From: Minisyncoccota bacterium
Lineage (GTDB): Bacteria > Patescibacteriota > Minisyncoccia > Phycocordibacterales > JABAAK01
DNA: 64,000 nt
Reading direction: 5' to 3'
Assembly (NCBI GenBank): GCA_965216295.1
Contig: OZ244141.1
Coordinates: forward strand, 295,671-359,670
Shown piece by piece: positions 28,318-37,720 of this stretch. Both the position numbers and the translations under genes were made by a program. The stretch's first letter is position 1. Each line of letters begins with the position of its first letter. The notes under the pieces are model-generated. The model was not told where the DNA came from. It ran no database searches and saw only the letters and a program-made list of their open reading frames with translations.

Positions 28318-31023
28318 ATGTTACCATTTAACCAATTTACTACAAAAGCCCAAGAGGTGTTTCGTATTGCTCAGGGATACGCTTTGGATAACGGCCATCA
28401 GAGTTTAAATACTATTCATCTTTTTGCCGCACTCGTTGGGCAAGAAGATAGCCCTGTGCAGGCGATACTCTACAAGTTAGATATCGATCCTTCCAATCTC
28501 CAAGAACAGATTTTAAACTTACTCACCATTCGTGAGGGCAATGTGACGTATGACACTGGTCCAGTGACACAGCTCTACATCACACCAGAGTTAGCGCAGG
28601 TGGTTGAAAAAGCAGGAAAGGTGGCAGAACGACTAAAAGAGTCATACATATCGACAGAGCATCTCTTCCTTGCGGTTCTTGAGAAACCTGGTTCACTTCA
28701 AAGCATCATGGATCGGTACCAGTTAACTATTAAAAGCGCAACACAAGTTCTTGCTAATCGTCGTCCAACGACAGCGGGTGGTAAAAAACAATCTGATGCA
28801 AAAAATTTAGAAAAGTATGGTAGAAATCTTACGAAGCTTGCACGAGAAAACAAACTAGATCCAGTCATCGGAAGGGAAGAAGAAATGAATCGTGTCATAC
28901 AGATACTGTCTCGAAGAACAAAAAATAACCCAATATTGATTGGTGAGGCAGGAACGGGAAAGACAGCAGTTGCCGAAGGGTTAGCACAAAGAATTATCAC
29001 CAACGACATTCCTGAATCCATGCGAGGTAAGGAGTTGGTAACGTTGGATCTTGGTTCAATGCTTGCAGGAACAAAGTTTCGTGGTGAATTTGAAGACCGT
29101 CTTAAAAAAGTGGTGAACGAAATTGAATCATCTTCAGGGAAGTATATTCTTTTCATTGATGAGTTACATACATTGGTTGGTGCTGGTAGTGCAGAGGGCG
29201 GACTTGATGCCTCTAATCTATTAAAACCTGCACTTGCACGTGGTGAAATGCGAGTCATTGGCGCAACAACACTCCGTGATTATCAACAGCACATTGAAAA
29301 AGATATGGCACTGACACGTCGTTTCCAACCTATTTATGTGACTGAACCAACTATTGAAGATGCCATTTCTATTCTTCGTGGATTACGAGAGAAATATGAA
29401 CTGTTTCATGGAGTACGCATTGCAGACACTTCCCTTATCGCCGCCGTAAATCTCAGTAGTCGATACATCACTGATCGATTCTTGCCTGACAAAGCAATAG
29501 ACTTGATTGATGAAGCAGCCTCTTCCATGCGAGTGGCATTGGAGAATAAACCAGAGGAGTTAGACAAAGCACATCGTCGTTCTATGCAATTAGAGATAGA
29601 ACTTGAGGCGTTGAAAAAAGAACTAGAAACAAAAAAAGATCGTGCTCTTAATCAACGCATTAAAGCGATAGAAAAAGAAATTGCGGATTTGCAAGAAAAT
29701 ACACGTCAACTAGAGACACGCTGGAAGAATGAAAAGAATACTATTGAAAAAATAAAAAAAGTGCAGGGAGATATAGAACAGAATCGTATTGCTGGTGATG
29801 AGGCGGAGAGTAAGGCTGATTTTACAAGAGCAGCAGAGATACGCTACGTTACTATCCCAAAATTAGAAGAATCATTTAAAAAAGCACAGGCAAATTTGAA
29901 GAAACTGCAACGAACTCGTCGTATCTTGCGGGAGGAAGTGACAGAAGAGGATATTGCTGTTGTTGTTTCTCGTTGGACTGGCATTCCTGTTTCCAAGATG
30001 CTTGAAGGAGAATTGAAGAAGCTTGCTCGTATGGAACAAGAATTGAAGCGGTATGTTATTGGTCAAAGCGAAGCAATTCAATTAGTCACTGCCGCTATTC
30101 AGCGTTCTCGTGTCGGTATCGCAGATCCAGATAGACCTATTGGCTCATTTCTTTTCTTGGGTCCAACGGGTGTCGGGAAAACCGAATTGACCAAACAGTT
30201 AGCGCAATACCTTTTTGATGATGAGAAGGCGTTAATACGATTTGATATGTCAGAGTACATGGAACGTCACACCGTCTCAAAACTTATCGGAGCACCACCA
30301 GGATATGTTGGGTATGAAGAGTCAGGGAAACTAACAGAATCAGTTCGTCACCGACCGTATTCGGTAATACTGTTTGATGAAGTAGAAAAGGCACATCCTG
30401 ATATTTTTAATTTGTTACTTCAAGTACTTGATGATGGACGTCTCACCGATGCGAAGGGGAGAGTTATTAATTTTAAAAACGCCATTATCGTTTTAACATC
30501 AAATGTTGGTTCAGAGTTTCTTACATCTATTAATATGATTGGTTTTGGTGAAGAAGATGAGAACAAAACAGCGAATGAAGCATATCAAGAGGTAAAGCTT
30601 AAAATCAATGACATTTTACAAAAAACATTTCGTCCTGAATTTTTGAATCGTCTTGATGAAGTTGTTGTCTTTCGACCATTGAGTAGAACGGTTATTAAAA
30701 AAATTGTTGTGCAACAACTACAAGGTGTTATAAAGCGATTGAGTGAAAAGTTCATTGATCTTTCAGCAACAAAAGAAGTTGCTGATAAATTGACTAAGGA
30801 TGGTTACAATTCAAAATTTGGTGCTCGACCCTTACGACGACTCATTCAAACTGATATACTTAATCCACTTGCATCAACGATCGTTAATGAGGGGATAGGA
30901 AAATCTGCAAAGATTAATGTTGGTGTAAATAAAGAGGGGGAGTATGCATTTAAAATTTTAAAACGAGGTGCTGTCAAAAAAAGTGTTCTCAAGAGGCAAT
31001 TAAAAAAAACAGTGAAAGCATAG
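28318..31023 (+). CDS. clpB: ATP-dependent chaperone ClpB
   Basis: 901 aa. Clp N-domain repeats, two AAA modules ([15 protein letters not shown]; [16 protein letters not shown]), and a long coiled-coil middle domain between them, which marks ClpB rather than ClpA/C. Confidence 0.9.
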   Translation: MLPFNQFTTKAQEVFRIAQGYALDNGHQSLNTIHLFAALVGQEDSPVQAILYKLDIDPSNLQEQILNLLTIREGNVTYDTGPVTQLYITPELAQVVEKAGKVAERLKESYISTEHLFLAVLEKPGSLQSIMDRYQLTIKSATQVLANRRPTTAGGKKQSDAKNLEKYGRNLTKLARENKLDPVIGREEEMNRVIQILSRRTKNNPILIGEAGTGKTAVAEGLAQRIITNDIPESMRGKELVTLDLGSMLAGTKFRGEFEDRLKKVVNEIESSSGKYILFIDELHTLVGAGSAEGGLDASNLLKPALARGEMRVIGATTLRDYQQHIEKDMALTRRFQPIYVTEPTIEDAISILRGLREKYELFHGVRIADTSLIAAVNLSSRYITDRFLPDKAIDLIDEAASSMRVALENKPEELDKAHRRSMQLEIELEALKKELETKKDRALNQRIKAIEKEIADLQENTRQLETRWKNEKNTIEKIKKVQGDIEQNRIAGDEAESKADFTRAAEIRYVTIPKLEESFKKAQANLKKLQRTRRILREEVTEEDIAVVVSRWTGIPVSKMLEGELKKLARMEQELKRYVIGQSEAIQLVTAAIQRSRVGIADPDRPIGSFLFLGPTGVGKTELTKQLAQYLFDDEKALIRFDMSEYMERHTVSKLIGAPPGYVGYEESGKLTESVRHRPYSVILFDEVEKAHPDIFNLLLQVLDDGRLTDAKGRVINFKNAIIVLTSNVGSEFLTSINMIGFGEEDENKTANEAYQEVKLKINDILQKTFRPEFLNRLDEVVVFRPLSRTVIKKIVVQQLQGVIKRLSEKFIDLSATKEVADKLTKDGYNSKFGARPLRRLIQTDILNPLASTIVNEGIGKSAKINVGVNKEGEYAFKILKRGAVKKSVLKRQLKKTVKA

Positions 31024-31076
31024 GATATTAATCTCTTAAGTTTAGAATGATGTGCTATACTTCTTCTCGTACAAAA

Positions 31077-31159
31077 GCGTCGATGGCAGAGTGGTCAAAT
31101 GCAACGGACTGTAAATCCGTCGCCGAAAGGCTCCGCAGGTTCGAATCCTGCTCGGCGCA
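31077..31159 (+). tRNA. tRNA-Tyr (anticodon GTA), long variable arm
   Basis: GCGTCGA-TG-GCAGAGTGGTCAAATGC-A-ACGGA-CTGTAAA-TCCGT-CGCCGAAAGGCTCCGC-AGGTTCGAATCCTGC-TCGGCGC-A. Confidence 0.8.
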
Positions 31160-31205
31160 CCTTTGAGAGGGTGGTAATAAACAAAAGGGTAATAGGAGGG
31201 GTGTT

Positions 31206-31586
31206 GTGTCAAGTACTTGCGGTACAATACTAGTGATGTTACTTCATGAAATCGCATTGATTGCGTATGCACAAGGGAAAAAAGGAATCGCAGTTGATTG
31301 CGATTACGTTAACTGTACGTTTGATAGTTTCGCAGAACTATTTAATAATCTTCTTGAATTTTTTATTACTATTGCTATTATTCTTGCTACTTTTGGTGTA
31401 GTTATGGTTGGTATTAATTATGTAGTTGCAGCATTTGGTGGAGGCTCAGCTTCCGCACACGCAAAGGTTCGAGAATTGGTTAAATCAGTTCTCTTAGGAT
31501 TAATTTTGGTACTTTGTGCATACCTTGTCGTGAAATTAGTATTTACTACGCTTGGGTATACAGGAGGAGATCCATTTACTTTTTAA
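31206..31586 (+). CDS. small secreted two-TM protein, distant paralog of the 22-24 kb array
   Basis: GTG start 6 nt after an AGGAGGG ribosome-binding site. Has an ...IAYAQG signal-like segment, then FFITIAIILATFGVVMVGINYVV and VLLGLILVLCAYLVVKLVF helices. Flanked by tRNA-Tyr and tRNA-Trp. Confidence 0.5.
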   Translation: MSSTCGTILVMLLHEIALIAYAQGKKGIAVDCDYVNCTFDSFAELFNNLLEFFITIAIILATFGVVMVGINYVVAAFGGGSASAHAKVRELVKSVLLGLILVLCAYLVVKLVFTTLGYTGGDPFTF

Positions 31587-31605
31587 TTGTGCGTATAATA
31601 TCTTG

Positions 31606-31677
31606 CGGGTCCACCAGGACTTGAACCTGGAACAACGGTTTTGGAGACCGTCATTTTACCAATTAAACTATAGACCC
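31606..31677 (-). tRNA. tRNA-Trp (anticodon CCA), G73 discriminator
   Basis: Reverse complement gives GGGTCTA-TA-GTTTAATTGGTAAAAT-G-ACGGT-CTCCAAA-ACCGT-TGTTC-CAGGTTCAAGTCCTG-GTGGACC-CG. Confidence 0.85.
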
Positions 31678-31880
31678 CTGTTATTTCCCCGTTTCTTTGT
31701 ATACCGTATGTTTGCGGAGTTTCGCATTGTATTTTCGTAATTCTAACTTATCAGGGTTTTGTTTACGATTTTTTCTTGTGACGTAGTCAATACAACCCGT
31801 CTCTTTGCATTTTAACCTAATAACGTGGTCTTGTGACATATAGAGTAAGTATACAGAATGGAGTGTTCATAACGCAACAC

Positions 31881-32771
31881 TCATATCAGGGATTTTTCAA
31901 GATGGGTATATATCTCGTCTCGGTTCGTTGGGGAAAACCAGGCAATACCGTGCATTTTTGTAAACCAGGTCATTTGTCGTTTTGCGTACTTTTGAATATC
32001 TTGTATCAGTATTTTTTTCGTTTGTTCTTCATCGCACCCAGAGAAAAGAGATGCGATTGCGGTATATTCTAATCCCAGTCCTTCTAACCACTGTGGTGAA
32101 ACACCATCTTTGATAAGTTGCTCACCTTCATGTTTGATACCTTCCCATCGACTCTCCACTCGTTCTGCAATGTGTGCATTGAGTGTTTCACGAGGAAGTT
32201 GGAGTCCAATGCCGATATATGGATAGCGTGGGATTGGTGTTCGTTGTGGTATGTGGCCTTCCGTTTCGTATATTTCAAGAGCCCGGATGAGACGGGTTTT
32301 ATTTGTTTTTCCAATGGTATGTGCTCGTGATACATCTTTTGTCAGAAGCATTTTGTAGAGTGCATCACTAGTCATGTTCATTACACGACGACGAAAGATA
32401 GGGTTTTGTTTAATTGGAGCGTAAGTATTTTTAAACACAAGTGCGTTCACGTAGAACCCAGTCCCACCAACGATGATAGGTTGTTTGTTTTGTTGAAAGA
32501 TCCTATTGAGTATAGGTACGGCTTGAGTTTCAAATTCATGAACACTGTAGTGTTCTCCTGCAGCAGCAACATCAAGCATGTGATGGGGAACACCATCCAT
32601 TTCTTTGTGAGACACTTTACCAGAACCACTATCTAAACCACGATACACTTGTCGTGAATCTGCTGAGACTATTTCACCGCTGTATCGTTTTGCAATTGTA
32701 ATACCAAGCGCACTTTTTCCTACCGCTGTAGGACCTACGATGAGGATAACTGTTGTGTTTGCTGCTGACAT
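31881..32771 (-). CDS. miaA: tRNA dimethylallyltransferase
   Basis: P-loop IVGPTAVGKSALGITIAKRYSGEIVSADSRQVYRGLD matches the MiaA N-terminus. The start is taken at the internal ATG at 32771, because the longer ORF-track extension would run through the tRNA-Leu gene. Confidence 0.8.
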   Translation of the reverse strand: MSAANTTVILIVGPTAVGKSALGITIAKRYSGEIVSADSRQVYRGLDSGSGKVSHKEMDGVPHHMLDVAAAGEHYSVHEFETQAVPILNRIFQQNKQPIIVGGTGFYVNALVFKNTYAPIKQNPIFRRRVMNMTSDALYKMLLTKDVSRAHTIGKTNKTRLIRALEIYETEGHIPQRTPIPRYPYIGIGLQLPRETLNAHIAERVESRWEGIKHEGEQLIKDGVSPQWLEGLGLEYTAIASLFSGCDEEQTKKILIQDIQKYAKRQMTWFTKMHGIAWFSPTNRDEIYTHLEKSLI

Positions 32772-32855
32772 GGTGCCGAAGGTGGGACTTGAACCCACAC
32801 ACCCAAAGGTACACGATTTTGAGTCGTGCGCGTCTACCAATTCCGCCACTTCGGC
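32771..32855 (-). tRNA. tRNA-Leu (anticodon CAA), long variable arm, CCA encoded
   Basis: Reverse complement gives GCCGAAGTGGCGGAATTGGTAGACGCG-CACGA-CTCAAAA-TCGTG ... GGTTCAAGTCC ... CCTTCGGCACCA. The final A of CCA is the A of the miaA ATG. Confidence 0.85.
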
Positions 32856-32922
32856 AATATGCGTAGTGTATAGCACTATTGAATCAATATCAACAAAAAG
32901 TCAGCAATGGTATACTACGGTT

Positions 32923-33918
32923 ATGGATACGAAACCATCACTCAGTATTTTTTGGGTTTCAGTTGATAAGGTGCACCCTAACCCACTGCAACCAAGGCAC
33001 GAGTTTGATAGCAACAAACTCAAAGATTTGTCGGCATCTATTCATCAGTACGGTGTTTTGCAACCACTTGTTGTTACCAAGAAAGATTTGATGAATGAAT
33101 CGGGAGATATGCAGATACAGTATGAACTTATCGCTGGTGAACGACGATTACGTGCTTCAAAAATGGCTGGATTGCGAGAAGTTCCTGTCCTCATTCGTTC
33201 TGGTGAGGAAGAAAGGCACATGAAACTAGAACTTGCTATTGTTGAAAATTTACAACGGGAGGATCTCAATCCAGTTGATCGAGCAAAAGCATTTAATCAG
33301 TTAGCAGATGAATTTTCATTAAAACAATCAGAGATTGCTCGACGATTTGGTAAAAGTAGGGAATACATTGCAAATAGCATTCGCCTTCTCTCTCTTCCAG
33401 AAAGTATGATAACAGCATTGCACGATGGAAAAATCTCAGAAGGGCACGCTCGATCCCTTTTAATGCTCTGTGACAAGCCAGAAGAACAAGAAACACTTTT
33501 CAATGATGTTGTGTTTCGACGACTCACCGTTCGTGAAGCAGAGCGATGTGCACGAAAGATAGCGATACACAAAGTGAGAAAACAAACGAGAGACCTATCA
33601 CCAGACATCATAGCGTTGGAAGAAAAAATGGAACACTCACTTGGAGCAAATGTTCATATTGAGAAACGAGGATTAGTTGGTGGTAGAATCACCATTGATT
33701 TTAACAATGAAGAAGACTTACAGAATATTATTCAACGCGTTTCGTCACAGACATCAGATTCCAAAGACGGTGACATTGAGTATGTTGAGACGAATGAAAA
33801 TCCTCTCGGCGAAGAAAAGGTGGTGACACCACAAAAAGAAGATTATACAGATGATGCTGATACAACTCCAGCAAAAAAGAAGGATGATTTATATACGTTC
33901 AAGAATTTTTCCTTATAA
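32923..33918 (+). CDS. parB: chromosome partitioning protein ParB (no adjacent parA)
   Basis: ParB box IAGERRLRASKMAG and an HTH region. The start is the ATG at 32923 (MDTKPSL...); the upstream ORF-track extension overlaps tRNA-Leu and is rejected. Confidence 0.8.
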   Translation: MDTKPSLSIFWVSVDKVHPNPLQPRHEFDSNKLKDLSASIHQYGVLQPLVVTKKDLMNESGDMQIQYELIAGERRLRASKMAGLREVPVLIRSGEEERHMKLELAIVENLQREDLNPVDRAKAFNQLADEFSLKQSEIARRFGKSREYIANSIRLLSLPESMITALHDGKISEGHARSLLMLCDKPEEQETLFNDVVFRRLTVREAERCARKIAIHKVRKQTRDLSPDIIALEEKMEHSLGANVHIEKRGLVGGRITIDFNNEEDLQNIIQRVSSQTSDSKDGDIEYVETNENPLGEEKVVTPQKEDYTDDADTTPAKKKDDLYTFKNFSL

Positions 33919-35374
33919 ACTGTCGAATGAGAGAACGGGCATGAACTGTCTTTACCCAATCAAGCCATTTTTCAGTAACAGTTGGTTTTTTACCCATCTC
34001 TATTTTCACCACGTCACCGTTATGAAGTTTTCTGTGGAGAGAGACATATTTTCCATTCACAAACGCACCTTTTGCATAGATACCAACATCGCTATGAATA
34101 GCAAATGCAAAATCAGTAACGGTTGAGCCTAGTGGAAGATCTACTACTTCGTGCATTGGAGTGAAAATAAACATACGTTCCTTGAGGAAGTCATTTTCTA
34201 TATTTTCAACAAACATATTTTCATCCAATTTTTTCTCACTTATTTGTGCCATTTGTTCAAACCAGTTGAGTTTTTTACCGTTTGTCGCGTGCATGAGTAA
34301 TTTTTCAAACCATAACAGATCAATACCTTTAATATCGTGACGTTTATCTTTATACGAAAAGTGAGATGCTAAACCAAACTGCGCATTCTGATACATCTCT
34401 TCTGTGAGAATTTGTATTTCAATAATTTGTTCATAGACAGTAATACTTGTGTGGAGGGCACGGTAGCCGTTTGGTTTTGGCACTGCTATGTAGTCTTTTA
34501 CTTTTTTTGGTAACGGTTGCCATTTGCCGTGGAGAATACCAAACACTAAGTAGGCAGTTGGTATATCACGAACAATAATGCGAAATGCGGAAATATCATG
34601 CAAGTCTTGGAGAGTACAATTTCGATCTTCTTTTTTCTTATAAATACTATATATACTTTTGAGACGTGAGGAGATAGTGTGTTCTCCAATATTCTTTTTT
34701 TGTAACTCTTCGGTCAGTGCTACTTTAAATTTTTCATGAACATCAAGGTGAACGGTAGATTCCAATTCTTTTTGTAATTTGGCATATATTTTCGGTTCAA
34801 GAAATTTAAATGCAATGTCTTCTAATTCTGCTTTTACCTTACCCATACCCAACCGATCAGCAATCGGTGCATATATTTTTTTTGTTTCTAAGGCAATTCT
34901 TGTATGTTTTTCTACAGGAACATATTGTAACGTACGCATGTTATCAAGTCGATCCATCAGTCGGATGATGATGACACGTATATCTTTTGAGGTTGCAACA
35001 AACAGTTTTTGTAGTGATTTCACTCGTATTTCAAGTCCGTGATAGCGCACATCACCGAGGTTGGTGACCGCATCAACAAAAAAAGCAACAGTCGTGCCAA
35101 AGATATCTTGTATCTCATCTATGGTAACGTCAGTGTCTTCAATGGTGTCATGGAGGATACCTGCAATAATGACTTCTTTCGGCATGGATAATTCAGCAAG
35201 GAGTCTGCCAACTGCGTACGGGTGTGTATAGTAAGGAGCTCCAGAGTATCGTTTCTGATCTCCGTGTTTTTCTTTTGCATACAAACATGCTTTTTTTACC
35301 AACTGCTTATCTTTTTCTGAAAGGGTATTACAGGCGAGAAGAATATCTTCCATGCTGGTTATTTGATAATCCAT
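33899..35374 (-). CDS. rel: bifunctional (p)ppGpp synthetase/hydrolase, RelA/SpoT family (short, HD + synthetase + TGS)
   Basis: HD motif GILHDTIEDT, synthetase region GYRALHTSI, and a C-terminal TGS-like segment (FTPMHEVVDLPLGSTVTDFAFAIHSDVG). Confidence 0.85.
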   Translation of the reverse strand: MDYQITSMEDILLACNTLSEKDKQLVKKACLYAKEKHGDQKRYSGAPYYTHPYAVGRLLAELSMPKEVIIAGILHDTIEDTDVTIDEIQDIFGTTVAFFVDAVTNLGDVRYHGLEIRVKSLQKLFVATSKDIRVIIIRLMDRLDNMRTLQYVPVEKHTRIALETKKIYAPIADRLGMGKVKAELEDIAFKFLEPKIYAKLQKELESTVHLDVHEKFKVALTEELQKKNIGEHTISSRLKSIYSIYKKKEDRNCTLQDLHDISAFRIIVRDIPTAYLVFGILHGKWQPLPKKVKDYIAVPKPNGYRALHTSITVYEQIIEIQILTEEMYQNAQFGLASHFSYKDKRHDIKGIDLLWFEKLLMHATNGKKLNWFEQMAQISEKKLDENMFVENIENDFLKERMFIFTPMHEVVDLPLGSTVTDFAFAIHSDVGIYAKGAFVNGKYVSLHRKLHNGDVVKIEMGKKPTVTEKWLDWVKTVHARSLIRQFIRKNS

Positions 35375-35384
35375 AAAAAGTAAG

Positions 35385-37547
35385 TTAGTGTTTTAATTTA
35401 TGTGGATTGTGGTATGGACATGTTTTAGAAGAGCATCGTGTGGGAATTGTCTTTGTTCCTTCCATCATCAAAGAGCCACATTCCGTACAAGTAGTTCCGG
35501 TTGGTTTTGCTCGCATGGTGTACTTGCATGTCGGATAGTCAGAGCAGCCATAGAACGGTCCAAATCGCCCCTGTCGTTCGACAATGGTACCTTTCTTACA
35601 CGTAACACAGGTAACCTGTGTATCTCGCTTTGCTTTTGTTTCAGGATCTTCTTCAATATACTTACATTTCGGATAGCGGTTACATGAGATAAAGTCACCA
35701 AATCTGCCACTTCGTAACACAAGTGCTCCGTCTCGACACTTTGGACAATCTTTACCAATTTCTTTTGGTTCTTTTATGAGTTCACCATCTTTTTTTCGTG
35801 CACCAGTACAGGTAGGGAAGTTTGCACAACTCAAAAAAGTATCAGTCTTGGAAAGTTTATATACCATCTTACCTTTACATTTTGGACAGGGATGTTCAGG
35901 AGGTCCATCACGCAGTGTTGTTAATTTTTCAATATCTTCTTTTGCATCAACTTCTTTTTTAAATTCTGTATAAAAATCTTTGAGGAGTGTTTTGTACTTA
36001 CCTTTTCCAACAGCGAGGGTATCAAGAGCATCTTCCATATCTGAGGTAAATGCGTCAGCGACATAGTGAGAGAAATGTTTTTCTAAAAAAGAGCTGACCA
36101 CATCACCAAGATCTGTTGGAACGAGTGATCGGCTTTCTTTTACCACATAGTTTCTTTCAACAAGTGTTCGTATGGTGCTTGCGTAGGTTGATGGTCTCCC
36201 AATACCACGTGCTTCAAGTTCTTTCACCAATCCTGCTTCAGAGTATCGTGGCGGTGGTGTTGTTTCTTTCTCTGTTGGTTGTATGTGGTTGCAAGTAACT
36301 GGTTCACCCTCTGTCAGCACAGGGAGGTGCACCTCTTTGTTTTTTGCATAGTCGTCACAAGCAAGCCATCCTTCCTGAATGATACGAACACCACGGAGGA
36401 GAAAGGTAGGCATTCCTGTTGCAGTAAATGATACAACGGTTCGTTCTAATTCTGCTGGAATCATTTGGCTTGCAAGTGTGCGTCGATAAATGATTGTATA
36501 GAGGGAGCGCTCCTCTTGTGAACTTCCCATTCCTTCATGTGCCATGACAGTTGGTCGTATTGCCTCATGCGCCTCCTGTGCTGCCTTGCTTTTTGTTTTG
36601 TAGTGTGTCTGATGGTACTGTTCTTTTCCGTATGTTTCGGTAATCACTTTTTTTATTTGTTCATGTGCCTGTTTTGAAAGATTGGTAGAGTCAGTGCGCA
36701 TATAGGTAATGTGTCCTCTTTCATACAATCGTTGTGCAACACGCATTGTGTTTGCAGGAGACCACCCGAGTACGGTGTTTGCTGCTTGTTGGAGTGTTGA
36801 GGTGATAAACGGTGCACGAGGAAGTCGTTTCTGGAGTGTCTTTTTTATTTTCCCAATTGACCATTCTGCTTTTTTTGCTTTTTTTAATATGGCATCCACT
36901 TCCTTTTTATCGTCAAAGGTTTTCTCACACTCTGTAATATATTCAGACGCATCTTTTCTTTGAAAGGTTGCTTGGAGTTCCCAATACACTTTTGTTGTAA
37001 ACGCTCGTATCTTTCGTTCCTGTTCCATGATGATGCGCAGAGCAGGTGATTGAACACGACCAGCAGAGAGACCGTACCGTACTTTTTTCCAAATAAGTTT
37101 ACTCAAACTATATCCAAAGAGCCTATCAAGCACTCTCCTTGCCTCTTGTGCTATTCGTAAATCTTGATCAATGAGACGAATGTGTTTCAATGATTCTAAT
37201 ATTGCTTCTTTCGTAATTTCATGGAAAACAATTCGCTTTGGGTTTTTCAACGCTACTGCTTGTTGTATGTGCCAAGCAATCGCTTCACCTTCACGATCTG
37301 GGTCAGTTGCCAAAAGTACTTCATCTGCTTTTGCCGCTTCTTTCTGTATTTGATTAATAATTTTTTGCTTATCAGGAATCACTTCGTAGTGAGGAACAAA
37401 ACCTCCTTTTATATCAATCGCATCTTTATCACTCTTGGGTAAGTTGCGTATGTGACCGACTGAAGAAACGACTTTAAATTCTTTGCCAAGATATTTTTCA
37501 ATTGTTTTTGCCTTGGCGGGGGATTCAACAATGACGAGTGTTCTCAT
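35385..37547 (-). CDS. topA: DNA topoisomerase I with C-terminal Cys4 zinc ribbons
   Basis: Toprim N-terminus MRTLVIVESPAKAKTI, the active-site Tyr region, and four CxxC...CxxC repeats at the C-terminus. Confidence 0.9.
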   Translation of the reverse strand: MRTLVIVESPAKAKTIEKYLGKEFKVVSSVGHIRNLPKSDKDAIDIKGGFVPHYEVIPDKQKIINQIQKEAAKADEVLLATDPDREGEAIAWHIQQAVALKNPKRIVFHEITKEAILESLKHIRLIDQDLRIAQEARRVLDRLFGYSLSKLIWKKVRYGLSAGRVQSPALRIIMEQERKIRAFTTKVYWELQATFQRKDASEYITECEKTFDDKKEVDAILKKAKKAEWSIGKIKKTLQKRLPRAPFITSTLQQAANTVLGWSPANTMRVAQRLYERGHITYMRTDSTNLSKQAHEQIKKVITETYGKEQYHQTHYKTKSKAAQEAHEAIRPTVMAHEGMGSSQEERSLYTIIYRRTLASQMIPAELERTVVSFTATGMPTFLLRGVRIIQEGWLACDDYAKNKEVHLPVLTEGEPVTCNHIQPTEKETTPPPRYSEAGLVKELEARGIGRPSTYASTIRTLVERNYVVKESRSLVPTDLGDVVSSFLEKHFSHYVADAFTSDMEDALDTLAVGKGKYKTLLKDFYTEFKKEVDAKEDIEKLTTLRDGPPEHPCPKCKGKMVYKLSKTDTFLSCANFPTCTGARKKDGELIKEPKEIGKDCPKCRDGALVLRSGRFGDFISCNRYPKCKYIEEDPETKAKRDTQVTCVTCKKGTIVERQGRFGPFYGCSDYPTCKYTMRAKPTGTTCTECGSLMMEGTKTIPTRCSSKTCPYHNPHKLKH

Positions 37548-37720
37548 ATGACACTAACAATAGTATCTCATTTGCCATATGTCAACATATGGTATGCCAT
37601 GAGAGGTCATCGAGTATATTCTATTACCTTTTTAAGAGTGACCTGAGAAACAGTATGTTTTCCCACAGAAGACCCTTTATTTTCACCATTTTTTCTCTTT
37701 TTTTGGTATACTGAAGGTAC

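Noticed and set aside
32740-32922. Upstream extension of parB, and the 35-codon extension of miaA, both running through tRNA-Leu(CAA)
   Set aside because: Both would overlap a canonical tRNA gene. Homology of each protein starts at the internal ATG.
37548-37720. Possible leaderless gyrB transcript (TATACT-like -10 ending about 8 bp before the ATG)
   Set aside because: This rests on a single -10-like hexamer in an AT-rich region. It is too weak without transcript mapping.
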